Under the pieces are notes generated by a model. That model was not told the origin of the DNA and did no database searches. It saw only the letters and a program-made list of their open reading frames with translations. The position numbers and the translations under genes are program-made. DNA of 64,000 bases from Podarcis tiliguerta (lineage: Eukaryota): assembly GCA_965153285.1 (NCBI GenBank), contig OZ229112.1. The stretch is one strand, 5' to 3'. Below are positions 1 through 13,949 of this stretch, piece after piece (the first letter of the stretch is position 1; every line of letters starts with the position of its first letter).

Positions 1-59
1 CACTTTAACTGTGTTACCCTACTGAACTATGGTTACTGGTTTTTTATATATACCCCAAT

Positions 60-165
60 TGTTTTTTATGATTGTATTGGCTTAATGACTGATTTATTGT
101 TAACTGTAACCTGCCCTGATGAAAGGCAGGATACAATTTGAACCAATAACTAAATAATAAGAGAT
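60..165 (+). mobile_element. L2 LINE 3' tail remnant
   Basis: tgtaacctgccctga...aaggcaggatacaat...aaataataa resembles the squamate L2 3' terminus, which recurs several times in this window. Confidence 0.5.
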
Positions 166-1883
166 AATAGATTGGAAGCCAGAGTGACAGTTTAAGAAAA
201 CGCGTCACATAGGATGGAAAAGCCTGGCATCAGAGTTCTTGACAGAGGTGAGAGGAGTGTGTATTACAACAGAAAGTATGCAGGAGTAATGGTAGATGAT
301 GCTCAAAGCTTGACCAAGAGTTTCAGATGAGGAGACAGAAGGGCCTGATTTTTCACTGTTACAAGGAAATTCACATGTTTTAATGAATGCATGATAACTG
401 CTTGTATTTTCCCTGATAAATGAGTTCCAGGAAATAGATATACTGTTTCCACTTTACCGTCAACATCTCTGACTATAAAAGTACTTACACAAACCTCTTT
501 AGTAGCCATTTTAATTCTAATTCGTAATTGTTGCCCCCCCTTCATGACTACACAACTTGCAATAACCCTCAACAGCTGCCAGTCTACAGGTGCAGCTGAA
601 TAGCACCACCATAAGCTCATATCATTTTGGTTTCCTTTGAGGAAAGCAAATGTTATCTCTAATGTACAGCAGAAAGCAGAAGTAATGAAACAGGACCCTG
701 CAGTATAAGCAAGAAAACTATCATTATCATTGCATTCCAGAGCTATATACTTTATGAGTTATATACAGAAGTTACAGCGAAGGTCAGTTTCATGAAGACT
801 CAGGATTGGTGGTAAGCAGGGAGAACAACTTTGCAAGAAAAATGGATGGTGGCAGAAATACTGTCCTCAAGGTTCTGCATTCTCTAAATTCAGTTACAAT
901 GGGAATTAATAAAAGCATTAGGTCAAAGCAGAAAGACTCAGTGTCTTTTGCAGCCCCAAATACTCCTTTTCTAAAGTAATTCCAGACAAATTTGCTGGGC
1001 CTTACTACCAGATAAGTACACTTTAAAATCAGGCTCCTACCAGTCCCATCCAATTAGGCTGCAACAACAACAACAAATTCCTATTTGAAATAGGAACACA
1101 CTGTGCATGAACACACTGTGTGGTGTGAGCACGTCCATGTGCATGCATATGCACACATCGCAGGCAAATTTTTGCCAATGAGGGCCAGGCTAACCAATTT
1201 CCCCCTCACTGCAGCATCTATTCTCAAGTGCAACATTTTACTATTTGCTTAAACAAATAAATGGCAGCCATTCACCAATACATAGGAAAGTAATGATTTG
1301 CATTTGGGACAATGGGATTAGAAATATTTAACTTTAGCTTAGTTAGGCCCTATGTTTAATAAAGGAAACATCTCAACAGCCCTGAAAATTATCTGCAGGA
1401 AATTCAAAGACATTAGTAATGTTAATCTTCAAACTGAAAGTGACTATTTTACCTAAACAACCACCACCACCACCCACAAAACAAAACCCTTGCGGAAGCT
1501 GCAGCTTCAGCATCCCAAAGCAACAGTCAATTCTGCATAATAAAATAACAGGGATAATGATGTGGGAAATCTGAAACCAAACCTGTTCACAAGATGACTT
1601 CAAATATGCTAGCAGGAATTGCTGGAATGAATCATTCACATGGCTGGGTGGAATATAGCTATATAATCAATGGCAAAATCCTGTCAAATTATTTAGGCTT
1701 GCCTCATATGTACAAGTACACACCAAAAGCTGAACAAGTCTTGGAACGTTACAAATTTTTCCAGAAGGCAAAGGTGGTCATATGGTCCAACTATGTCAGC
1801 CACCAGTACCCCACAGCTACATCAGTGTTGTGTCAAAGTAGCACAGCAGCACTCCTAGACATTCCCAGCAGCAAAGTGCAATG

Positions 1884-2252
1884 TAGAGATGGAGGACAAT
1901 TTTGTTTGCTTCCTATTTTATAGAAAACAAACCGCATCTGTTGATCCCAGACTAATAAGTGTATTGAAATGCAGTCAACAATCAAGTTGCACATTTCTCC
2001 AAATTCTGCTACCCCGTTTTTAGTTCAAAATATGTGGGGGGGAAATGCGTATGTTAGGGAGAAATGCATAGGACAGCATTAAGAAATGTGTGGTTTTGGG
2101 GGGGAGAAATTTGTATTTTGTCAACGCGCAAAAAATGCATACAATTTATAAGCAATTTTTTAAAAAAATGTGGGCAATGATACAGGGTAGGCTTATGATT
2201 GAATGCATGTGAAACTGGCATGGAACAAAAACAGGCTAATTCGTCTATCCTA
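1884..2252. mobile_element. Degenerate hAT-like non-autonomous DNA transposon
   Basis: Imperfect terminal inverted repeats tagagatgg...ctatccta with an A-rich aaaatgcata interior, typical of a common lacertid MITE. Confidence 0.4.
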
Positions 2253-5200
2253 TACCAGTAAAAAGACATAATGCAGTAACACTGACAGCTACTCTAGGAG
2301 CCTCGCACTACGTTCAGCATTCTTGACACTGCACACCAATATCTCTGAAGGTAGCAAGGTATGGGAGGCATGAATCAATGTGTGTCAATGACAAGGATGT
2401 CATGATAACACCCACACCTCCTCCTCCAACACAGAACATCCCCTGTCAAAAGAATCCATAGTCCATTCTTTTTTTCTTAAATTATATGCTTTATTGTTTT
2501 TGAAAAGCTCAAAAGGTTTGTAGGACAGCAGGAAACACCTACAGACTCATTCTCCAGGTTCTCCCCCAGAGAAACCCAGAACAATCTGTTTCTGATTCAT
2601 CAGTCTCTTTGTGTGCCTGTCATGAGAAACTAAACTTTTACTTCCATGAGCTTTAATTTGTAACACCAAATGTTGCAAATGTATTTTAAAAAATATTTCT
2701 TTTTATTAATTTAATCAAAAACATATACTTCTATAACATTTAAGGAACAAAGGGAATACAGCTGAATGAGAATTAAAATTAAACAAACATACAAATATAT
2801 ATACACACATTTGGGTCACTGGAAGAATAATTATTGATATTTGAGTGTGGTAACATGTCCTTTTAAGATATTTGTCGTATTGGTAAACATCAGGAATATG
2901 TCCTTGGAGTGTTAGGATATTCTCACTTGAAGCTGAAGAGTTACTAAGAATTCCAAAGAGTGTTATAGTTCCCTGGAGGAATTTAAACACACAAAGTTTT
3001 CAAGTTTTAGATTTTTACACATGCTGCCACTGTTTGTGTTTTGCTTTATTTTGAGTTTTAGTTGCATTTTGTAACTGCTTTTAGAAATTGTTACACTTAC
3101 ATTTTTATTGCAATTCCATGTTCTACTCTGGGTATCCTTAACAGAACTGTGGAAGGGTAGGTGGGTGTGCAACCCTGAAACTAAAATTACACCGCTAGTG
3201 TGGATTTGGGGTAATGTTTCTCCACTGGGCTCCTCTGGTGAGAAGGTCTGCCTACAGAAAGCACAGAAGAGCTCGGGCTACTGTTGTCCTGCTAGTAGTA
3301 GTCATCATTAGGCCCCAAAGTAGGTGAGGAGCACAGTGTCTTGTTCCACTGTGGGTTGTGGCTCACAGTGAATGTGGAAACAAGGAACAGGCCGAGTCAG
3401 ATTATCAGGAAAGAAGATCAAGGCAGGTCTCTCTAGCAGGTCAGATGTTACACCACAAAACCCAGGTGAAATGCACCCATTTTTTTAAAAAAAAAACACT
3501 TTTGAAAACACTTCAGTACAAGTTCAAAACAAATGCTCCAGCCCACAGTGCTAATCCAAATTGCCAAAGTGAAGAGGTGAATTTTCAGTTGTTATTCTAA
3601 AAATCATGTGTGTGCTATCTGCAGAGGGAGTTCCACCACTAGGGTAAAATCATGAAGAAGGCCCTTTTCCATTTTACTGCAAGATGGGAAAAGGCTGCGA
3701 ATGGGACAATGAAAAGCATGTCTCTGGCAGAATGCAAGACCCAATTAGACAGATATGTGAAGAGGTGGCACTTCTAGTGTTTGGCTCCTAAGACACTTAT
3801 GACTTTATAAACTAATGTCATCACCTTGAATTGGTCCTGGTAATGAAATCTCTGATTTAAAGCCATCATCTCTGGAGTCTTACAGCAATTGCATTTACTG
3901 CCAGTGATTTATTTGTTTTCCCATTAACTGGGATCTATAGAACTGGAACAGCTGGCTGCAAAAGTAGGTTGTCATCCTGAACACTGACCCTGGGCTTCCT
4001 CTTCAGGAGCAATTGTTTGATCGTAGTGTCCTACTGTAAGTTGTCTAGTTTAGGGCAGGTAGTTGGTGTCGATACCCTCTAGGTTCTTTTGAGCTCTACT
4101 CTTCTAGGAATAGACCTTAAGCACTCATTTGCTATTTAGACTCACCCCTTACTTCTGCAAAAGAGAGGAGAGAGAGCAACCCATTTGTTTGATACCTACA
4201 TCTTCCTGCTTTAGGTGTAGCAGATGGGAACCATCCATCGCCATCAGTCAACACTTCATCTATGCAAGTATCCTTTTTTCCCCTCCAAGAGCTGTGCCCA
4301 GCTAGCTGTGCCATCTGTGCTGTGCCCAAGGAGTGCTTTGCAGTCTGTTCTTCAACACTCTTTACTACCATTCCTTGGAAAAGCTTATGCAACATGCTGC
4401 TCTTTCCATGTGACTTTTTTTTTTTATCCCAACCCAAGCATACAGATGCCCTAGAAAGATTTCTTGCCTGTCCTTATTGATTTGTTCCATCAGTCATCTA
4501 TCGTGTTTCACAGCTGCCACTATCTACGTCCCATTTTATCCATCTCTAATTGCAACTGCCTCAAAACTAATTTTCTGGTCTGAACTAACCCTTTATTTTT
4601 AAAGCACAATGATTTTGTGAAAGTGTCTTTTTAACACAAGGCAATCACTCTGGAAACTGACTTTCGGGGGGGGGGGGAGGAAATAATCCCACACAGTTTT
4701 CAAGCCAAGCTATTACTTAAACCTATTACCTTTCCTTTTTAATATCTCCCATCGTATTTGAACATGTTTGTTTTCCCTGCCCCTACACAGTTCAGTCCAA
4801 TTATTTACATGAAATGAACTTCTTTTGCATATTAAGAGGTCATACATATTTTTAATAGCCTCTGTAACCTAAAAAGGTCATTTTAGAGATGAGGCTTTTG
4901 TGATAAATATTTGAAGGGCAAGTTAGTCACACAAAAGGGTCATTGTTTCACGAAACAAAATGGTGGCAGTGGGGAAAATCAGAATGGCAATTAATGTGGG
5001 ATTCTCCGACTGTATTGTTCTATTCTCTTAATACAAATAAAGAGATTGCAGAAAAATGAGTCAGATCCTATATAAATGGACCCTTCAAATACAATTAAGG
5101 TGAGAGAGTGCTGTATCTTGTCAACCTATTGCTAATCCCCATTTTATAACTATTTGAAATAAAGCAAAGCTGGCAATTATCTTGCGCTGGCCTAAAAAAT

Positions 5201-6324
5201 GGCTAGGATAATTCTATGACCTTCTGCCATACACTCATTTTCAAACATCTCAGTGAAATAATGTAACTGCACACATAAGATTAACTTTTTAAAGATATTA
5301 CTATAGTGACTTTTATGTGTATCTAATCAATTCATGCAATTTTGTATAATCAGCATACATTTATTTTGTGGAACATGGCAAATTTAGTTGTTTTATGTGC
5401 TGTTCCCCACTCGACAACATTATTCTTTGAAATATTTTCCTCAAGGAAAAAAATATAAGAGGGTATTGCTTTCATGTGATACATCACTCAGCTTTCATCC
5501 ACTGAAATTAAGTTTCGATAGCACAGGTCATATCAGAAAAAGTAATAGTGTTTCATTTTGTTTCTTTTTTTTAGGATGCAAAGCAGTTTGCCTCAGATTC
5601 TACAAGAAAATAAAGCAGCCAACTGCCAGCGGAACAGCATACTGATAAAGAGTCTAATCATGGGCAAGTGAGGGCTCCGTCTTCAACAATCTGAATGTAA
5701 AGTAGGCTTTATGCAATGAGGCAAAATTCTCAACACTTAACTTTTTCATTCTCATTTGGAAAAAGTCCAGCTGCTTTCATGATAACTCTTCAAGAATTCA
5801 AAACAGAGGCATTATTTCAGAATTGGGGGGGGGGGGTATTTCAGAGTACAAGGTTCTCAGCAAGGCTCCGAGACCCACTTTTGAGCATATTCATGATTCA
5901 ATGTGGGGAGAGAAGCTGTGCGTTTTAAAAAGAATTTTGTTGTGTTTTGAGCACATCAAACACTCACCATTTGGATTATGTATCCTTAATACAGAGGACC
6001 ATTTTATTGTACCTATTCAGTAACACTGTGATAATCATACAGAACAGGGGTAGGGACTCTGAGCAGACTTCTGCAGACACAGACATCGGCAGAGGAAAAA
6101 TGCTCCGTTTGCAATAAGTGGTTGGGTTCAAGTTACCTCCTGCAAACAGCTTTTTCCCTCTGAAGTCTGTTTTTAGGCTTCAAATGGGCTCCCTGTAACC
6201 ACCATTCAGTGGCTTGGTAGCTACAGCAAGCCCCTTGACGTGTGTTCCCAGTGCCAATCAGCTGATTGGTGCAGACAGCCTTCCAGAGAGGTGATTCTTT
6301 ACCATTGCCTTTTGACAATGAAGG

Positions 6325-6502
6325 TGATGCTTAGTTGAAAACTATTTTCTTGTAACTTGAAAGCATTGGTTGGGGTCCTTCCTTCCAGAGCAGGAGAAAA
6401 CAAGCTTGCTCCATCTTCCATGTGACAGCCTTTTAGATATTTGAAGATGACTATAATATCACATCTCAGTCTTCAGGCTAAACATGCACAATTCCCTCAA
6501 CA
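6325..6502 (-). mobile_element. CR1 LINE ORF2 3' fragment
   Basis: ccagagcaggagaaaacaagcttgctccatcttccatgtgacagccttttagatatttgaagat is the reverse complement of the CR1 segment at ~57305-57375. Confidence 0.8.
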
Positions 6503-6673
6503 TTGAGGTACTTAAATACTGATTCAAAGGTTGCCTTTAAGTTGCTTTAACATATTACAGCTGCTTAATTATTATTTTTTAAATGCTCCCAGGAAGCTAT
6601 TGTGCATCATAACGTGCAGGCCTTCCTGATGAATTGCATGGAGAAAAGATGGCTGTACCTGCGAACTGAATTA

Positions 6674-6840
6674 CTGTATTTTTTACTCTATAAGACTCAC
6701 TTTTCCCCTCCTAAAAAGTAAGGGGAATGTGTGTGCGTCTTCTGGCTTCTGGGATTCAGAATCCCACCCCCCTTGTTTTCCTCCTCCAAAAACTAGGTGC
6801 GTCTTATGGTCTGGTGTATCTTATAGAGAAAAAAATATGG
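6674..6840 (-). mobile_element. Tc2/pogo-type MITE, internally deleted copy of the 50205 element
   Basis: TIRs ctgtattttttactctataaga / tcttatagagaaaaaaatatgg with TA on both sides. Aligns in reverse to 50205-50463 with ~90 bp missing. Confidence 0.85.
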
Positions 6841-6889
6841 TAGATATGTTTCATAGTTACTGTTAGCAGTTATAAGGTCTTGAATATGA

Positions 6890-7000
6890 GAATGGGCCTA
6901 TTCTGTAGTGGCTCCCTGTGGAATGCTCTTCCCAGGCAGGTTTGTCTGATGCCTTCATTATACACCTTTAGGCTCTAGGCAAAAAGGCTCTTTCAACACC
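6890..7000 (+). mobile_element. L2 LINE 3' fragment
   Basis: ggcctattctgtagtggctccctgtggaatgctcttccc...ccttcattatacacctttagg; corresponds to the L2 ORF2 end (AFSV.AP.LWN.LP). Confidence 0.6.
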
Positions 7001-7054
7001 ACATTAGAGACCACCCTGGCCAGCTTAGTTGGGGAGGCCACTACTGGGTGGCCA

Positions 7055-7422
7055 GGTAAAGGTAAAGGACCCCTGGATGGTTAAGTCCAGTCAAAGGCAA
7101 TTATGGGGTTGCGGTGCTCATCTCGCTTTCAGGCTGAGGGAGCCGGCGTTTGTCCACAGACAGCTTTCTGGGTCATTTGGCCAAACTGACTAAACCGCTT
7201 CTGGCACAACGGAACAATGTGATGGAAACCAGAGTGCACGGAATGCCGTTTACCTTCCCACCATTTATCTACTTGCACTGGCATGCTTTCAAACTGCTAG
7301 GTTGGCAGGAGCTGGGACAGAGAGACAGGAGCTCACTCTGTCACGGGGATTTGAAGTGCTGGCCTTCTGATCAGCAAGCCCAAGAGGCTCAGTGGTTTAG
7401 ACCACAATGCCACCCACATTCC
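7055..7422 (-). mobile_element. Sauria SINE, near full length
   Basis: Minus-strand tRNA-like head (gtggtctaaaccactgagcctcttgggcttgctgatcagaagg), Sauria body and (ACCTTT)n tail. Near-perfect TSD ctactgggtggcca (7041-7054) / ctacgggtggtca (7422-7434). Confidence 0.93.
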
Positions 7423-7999
7423 TACGGGTGGTCAATACACTAGCAGTACCCCCAATCTGTCTCTCTGGCCAAACATCAGATGCAGACCCTTTATGCCCAT
7501 CTCCAGATCAAGAGGCTTCCTAGTGAAGGAGATGGAATTATTAGAGGCTCCCAACCATAACTGCTTCCCAAAGTGTCTAGCAGAGTTTCCCTGCAGCAGA
7601 CGACAAGAACTGTAGTCACATTCGAACACACAATCAAGAATTACATTATGCAAGCATTTTCAGTTACTACAAAATATTTACAGTCCTTTCTCTCTTTGGC
7701 ACGGTATACTTTCACTCTAGTAATAAACAGTCCTGATACCGCAAACTCATAGCATCAGCAGCACACTTCACCATATATCCAAACTAGTTGTAAGCATGCA
7801 TACTAACAGTGTATGTGTGTTCTCCTCGTGCCTCACATTGCAAACTCAACTTCCTACTTTTAATTGTATCTCCAGCTGACACCAACTAAGCCTGGAGTGC
7901 CACTCCCACACTTTGAAGAAACTTCTGGAACGTTTTTCCAGGAACTATTAATCTGTTTCGTGAAGAATGTATTCCTAACAGAAACTCATATGGACAATG

Positions 8000-8200
8000 G
8001 TGACACCCCCTCCATGACCGTTTGGTCTGGTGTTGCTCCGAGTACCCAGGCAGGCACAGCTGTGTTAAGTCAGGTCCACCCAGGTCTCAGTGATGTATAC
8101 CAGGTCAGTCCCTTCATCCATAATCAAATCATGGATGAGTACAGTCTTATTTTGGACCAACCTGCAATTAAGTACTGGCACTGCCAAACCAGAAGACTCA
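8000..8200 (-). mobile_element. L2 LINE ORF2 APE endonuclease N-terminal fragment
   Basis: Translation VLNCRLVQNKTVLIHDLIMDEGTDLVYITETWV matches the L2 endonuclease motif N.RS..NK...I.D......D...ITETW. Confidence 0.8.
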
Positions 8201-10597
8201 GTGGGTAAGCACCCAATTATTTCTTGGAGAATGAAGGGGCTAAAAAGAGGGAAGGAGACTATGTACCTAGGCTTCCACCCCAAGTGGTAATCTTACTCTC
8301 CTCCCAAACTATGCCTTCCACTACCCATGCCCACCAGAACTGATGCCAAAATTGAGGCAGCCATATGACCACTCAGACAAGTGTTGATTTCATCCATGTG
8401 CTATAAAACCATGTGTAATAATGCTATAACTGTTAATTTAAGAAGCAATAACAGGAAGCTGCATATTATACTATGATATGGAGAACTTGGTAACCTTTGT
8501 GGATCCTATGTAAAGTCAGTGGGAATTTATACATTTTACAAATCTTCAAACAGTGTTCTATTTTATCCCCTCTGTGGAGTTTTCCAGTCATGTGCATGCT
8601 TTACAGCTGCATCAAGTGGGGGTGGTTCATTGCAACTCCAAACACAAAAGCAAATTTTAGACATATATTTTTTCTCAGAATTGAGACTGTACATAGTTGC
8701 ACATCAAAAGTGTACTGCTTGTTAGGTAACCAAATTTGCTAATAATCCCTAATACAGAAGATGTGTGAGGGTCACTAGCTCTCAAGATTGTGTAATACAT
8801 GTTCAGGACAGCATAACTGTGTAACCAGCAAGTTATTTTATTGCCCAGGAAGAGACCTCTCAGGATCCATTTTTTTAAAAAAAAGTTTATAGGTTCAAAT
8901 GTGAAGCAAACTGAGAAAATGTGACAGCACTGTCCAGTATTTAAAGCACCTAAATTGCTTTGCAAATAAGCTCAGGATTAATTGCTGTCTACCAGCAGGG
9001 AGCCCCATTTATTGCCTCTAAGAATTGTGCAGGTAAAGCAATAGCTGCTGTGCTGCTAAAAACTGGGTTTCAGCAACAAAATGAACAGTTAAAATAAAGT
9101 AAAACCCATCGAGTGAAGGAACAGAGGCTTGTGACAATGACCATCTATAGCATGTCATATCTATATTTAGCTACTCAGAGAGCAAGGCACCACCCCCTTC
9201 TATCTCAGAGATTCTTAAAAGAAAAGATGATCCTCAAAAGAAATTGATTTACCTCTAAGCATTAAAAGAAAAGGAGGAGAAAACTCAGCACAGCCATTTC
9301 AGGAGCTCTATCTGATAGCAGCATTGTCGACCTTGACTGATCTGTATTTTAAACTTGAGCCCTCCAGACGAGAGTCTAAAAAGACATCAGTGAGTTTTTT
9401 TCTTCTAAATCTGTACAAGCAACTGACCTATTTTTATTCATAGGAATACACTTAAAATTCATGACCACACACACACGTAAGAGACATAAATCAGAAAAAG
9501 GATGAAATAGGTTATGAACAAAGCGGGGGCTGGGGAAGAGAGGAGTGAGTAATACAGGAGTTACAGGTACAGCACTCTGATTTACATCAAAAGAATAAAA
9601 ATGTGATATTCTGTCACTGAATATGTAATAAAAAAACAGGTATTTCGGGCCTGCCATCTAATTAATTTGTTGAATATTCGACAGAGGTAGAGTGAGCACG
9701 ACAGAAATGCCAGTGAGGCATTGGTAAAATATTCATTTCTTTATGTTTAACATACCACTGTGGTTCAAACAGCAGCAAATATAATTCCCCTGGTTTAGGA
9801 ATGTATTCTGTGTTCTGCAAGGAAACAATAATGCAGGTACCCTCAGCCAGTCCAACAGACAGATAAAATACAAGGGAGAGCTAATAAAAAACCTGGTTGT
9901 CTGTAGCAAGTGGCTGATGCTTGAGATTAAGCCATAGCACAATTTGGAAATGGAATCTGATTGTGTGGTTAGGGGAAGATGTCTGTTAAATTAAACAGAT
10001 TGCTTCAGGTTAAAACATCTAGTAACACTAACACACAAACAAACACATTCATTTCTCCCTTTGGTAACTTTCTGATGTACATAGATAAATGTTTAGTTCC
10101 TAGTCTTTTGGAAAAGGGCCGTATGCCAGAATGAACAATAAGACCAACAGTGTAAAGCAGAAATAGGCCCAACAAAAGAGACCATATTATTAAAATTCTG
10201 GTGGTGGGTGGTGGGTTGTTCTAAACCCACATTTACAGATACTATACTTTCTACTGAACAATCAGTATTTTGTTTTGTTCAGTTTCATAGGTAGGGACAG
10301 AGTAGACTTCTGCCCCAACTGGAACCTGAGTCAGCTGGCTAGCTAGGTGTCGATTGGAGCAGAAACATCATTTGGAGTAGATCCAGAAGCAATTCGTTTC
10401 TGGCTCTGCTAAAAATCTCCAGTGCAGAACAAGATGATCAGTGACTCCTGTATTTGATTCTTGTTGTTTTCCAGCTACTTAACTACTGATTCAAGTAACA
10501 CATGCACACAGGTTTCATAAGAACATAATCAAAAAAAGAATGCTAAGGATCAGTGACAGTGGCCTGCCTACGGCGAGTTCATGTATGATCTGGGATT

Positions 10598-10891
10598 CAT
10601 GCAGTGAATAGTTAAACTACAGATCTTCCACAGAAGGCAGTGATGTCCACCAACTTTAGAAAGAATTGGACAAATTCATGGAGTGTAATGCTGTCAGTGA
10701 TTACTAGCCATGATGGCTATGCTCTGCCTCCATGGTCACAGGCTGGAAACCTCAGGAGGAGAGAGTGCTATTGTTCTCAGGGTTTATGGGTTTCCCCATA
10801 GTCTTCTGGTCAGCCACTGTGAGAAAAGGACGCTGAACTAGATGGGCCATTAGCCCGATTCAGCATGCTCTTAGGTTAAAATGTTCTTATG
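10598..10891 (+). mobile_element. CR1 LINE 3' end
   Basis: ttggacaaattcatggag...gccactgtgagaaaaggacgctgaactagatgggccattagcccgattcagca...atgttcttatg; CR1 3' UTR and terminal repeat. Confidence 0.75.
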
Positions 10892-13371
10892 CAGATTATA
10901 ACTCATGCTTTTAATCACTGCTATATGCCAAGATTCATCTTCAAAAACATTTTAATTGATGAAGGGATTCTCCAAAACATTGGTTTAAAACCACTGACAC
11001 AAACCCTGCAAAAACGAGATGTTCACTGCGTAAAGCACACAGGTCCGCACAATGGGATGATTAGCAATGCTCTCTAGCAACATTCTCCCTCAGATATGAG
11101 ATGACTCTAGGCCCAGCATCAACATATGGCAATTGTGGCATCCCAATTAGGATTAATATTTCTGCCACTGGACTACTACTGTCCCATCTGCTGGGCGGTG
11201 GCAGGAACAGAGAGGGATGGCTAGGCCAGTGGGGCATGCCTTAACTAGCCTCCATCACATGCTAAAGGACTCCAGTCATGGTGTTGGTGAGTACTGGAGA
11301 GAAGGTCTGGCCGGTACTACAACCAAGAGGCCCTCAGTTCCTGCTCACTTTCACTTGGCATCACCACCATGGGTAGGTAGGCAGGCAGAGGTTGTGGGGT
11401 GGACATCACTAGGGGCTAATGAGGGCAGCTTGCTCAGTGTTACCCAAAACCTGGAATCAGGCTAGATAATTACTTAGCAGATATTTGCTATGCATTGCTT
11501 CTGCATCAGCGGAGCTAACAATGAAACCCTACTTCGAGGAGCATGCCTTATCCTTGGATACAATCAGAGTGAGACTCTGACTTTAGGAAGATAAGAAAGC
11601 TAAGGAAATACATGCTTGATAGTAAAGTTCCTAGTTTTGTTTAACTAAGGTGGAGATGCAAAGAGCCATGCTTTTGCTTTGTTCTTAGCAGGAGAAACAT
11701 ACAAAAATGTCTCTTCTCCTAATGTAAAGATGAAGAAGAGAAAGAAGTAGAAAGTGAGGCCACCAGCCCTGTCTAGAATCTGAGGAAAGGTCAGCACAGG
11801 TTATATCAGAAAGACAACAGAGAGGTTCCTCTACCTACTTTCTTCCCATGCAAATCTTCAGTCATCAATACAACCTGAGTTACATTCCAAAACTTCCAAC
11901 ACACAACACTCTTGAATCCAGATCATAGTTTGTAAGTTTTAGCAATTCTGTGTACCATCCAGTCATACTACAGTATCAGTGGGAGGGGAGCAAAATGGGG
12001 GGAAATGAAGTCACTGCTAATCCTGCTATTCCTACATCTTTTTTCTAGAAGCACTGAGCATAGGCATCATTCGCAAGTCATCTAGCAACTGGAAAACAAG
12101 TTCCATGCTCATCAACTGAAATTTTTCAAATTTCAAAACAACAAAAAAAGATTAGCACTGCATACATATAGAATGCATCCTACAATTCACTTTTTTTTAA
12201 TTCCAAGGTCTGCTTCCTTACTTTAAAGTAGTAATATTGCATTTGTGATAAAAGGGGTATACAACAGAAAATCATCCAGTTGCTATCTTAAAAAGTAAGA
12301 ATTTTTATCCAAATTGCATCTCATGTGCTTATCTACTGAAGATGGGCTCCTTTTGTTTCTAGAGGAGGTCTCTCAAGTTCAGAAGCAGAGTTGGGTAAGA
12401 AATTGATTTTCCATGGAGCGAGATGTTCTAGACAGATATCAGATATCCAATTCTTAATTGGGATAAAAATCGCTTTGAGAAGAAATTTAAAGTTCAATGT
12501 ATAAGTTTTAGATGATTAATCAGTATATAAATCCACTAGTTAAATAGATCAATAAATGTTGCTATTGTTTTGATAGCACTGCAAGTAGATTAAATCTTGG
12601 CTAACAGACTTAGCACACAAATACTTTTAAAGTGCAGTATATATAGGGAAGAATACGAAGAGAGATTTAGCATCTACCAAAAAACTCAGAGTCAAAAAGC
12701 ATCATGATAATAAGAATAATGCAGCTGGTGCTAATGCTATTTACATGAATGAAATCCGATTATCCCCCTCATTTTGGCATTGTGTAGAAACAAGCATACT
12801 TATTTCTGTTTTTTGGGTTATCCCTTTAGTAAATACTGTGTAGAGCTTAATGAGACGTATGCTTGCTATGTTTCACCCAGTTTGACCTATTGTTCCATTA
12901 GAAATTCCCTAGGAATAATATAGAGCTGAAGAATTTCCTCTTTACATGAAGGAATAGCATCCAAGATACAGCCTAGTTCACACCATATGCAGAACACATG
13001 TCTTTTGCTTGTTCAGCTTATACATATTGCAAAGAAAACACAGATGTTCTGGAATTTTGTCAGCTAAAAAAGTTAAAAAATTATACGTGGCTCATCTACA
13101 CATCAGCAGCCACTGTTGAAGAATAAATCGTTTGTAAATTCATCCCTTATTCACTTTAGTATCTATCTTGGCTCACTTGCTCAAGTCCTTTGTTCTTTCT
13201 TTTGTCTCCAAATATTTCCAAACATCTTATGGGAGCACCTCTTTGCCTGGAACACACCTAACTGGATCTAAAACAGCAGCCCCCTCCACTCCACCAATTC
13301 CTCTCTCCTGCTGCAGCCTCCTTCATGCCCCACTATAAAATAATGTGTTTTTTTTGTGTTTTTTTACTATA

Positions 13372-13695
13372 AGAATAATATTTATAGGCTGCCCATTTGA
13401 CTGGGTTGCCCAAGCCACTCCAGCAAAAAATAAAAACACAGTAAAACATCAATCATTAAAACCTTCCCAATATAGGCCTTCAGATGTGTTTGGAAAGTTG
13501 TATAGTTATTTATCCTCTTGACATGTGATGGGGGGCATTTTACAGGGTGGGTGCCACTACCAAGAAGGCCCTCTGCCTGGTTCCCTTTAACTTCACTTCT
13601 CACAGTGAGGGAACCACCAGAAGGCCCTTGGAGGTGGACATTGGTGGTGACGCTCCTTCAGGTACACAGGGCTGAGGCTGTTTAGGGCTTTAAAG
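13372..13695 (-). mobile_element. L2 LINE 3' end
   Basis: Reverse-strand L2 terminus and ORF2 end (gccactaccaagaaggccctctgcctggttccc; tttagggctttaaag). Confidence 0.75.
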
Positions 13696-13949
13696 AGGGT
13701 CCCTTGACCCTCAAGTATAGCTTCCCAGGGAGTGCAGGGGGTTGAACGCAGAGGGAGGTACAAGAAAGCCCCACTGCAAATGTGAGGTTGTGCTTATTTA
13801 TGTCTCAAAAAATTATGCCATTTTATAATAAAAAATTCTAAGCAGTTTACATAATAGCAATAAAATGTCCTGAAAGCTAAATTTAAAAGATAAAAGCAAG
13901 ATAAAACATTCACATATATATATATGTATGAGAGTCAGAGCCCAGAAAA

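Noticed and set aside
2509-2544. Minus-strand ctgtag|GTG TTT CCT GCT GTC CTA (VFPAVL) resembling the start of LAMA2 exon 2 (GLFPAVL)
   Set aside because: Wrong phase for a phase-1 junction, no polypyrimidine tract, and it continues QTF-stop instead of NLASNA..NATCG. Treated as chance similarity.
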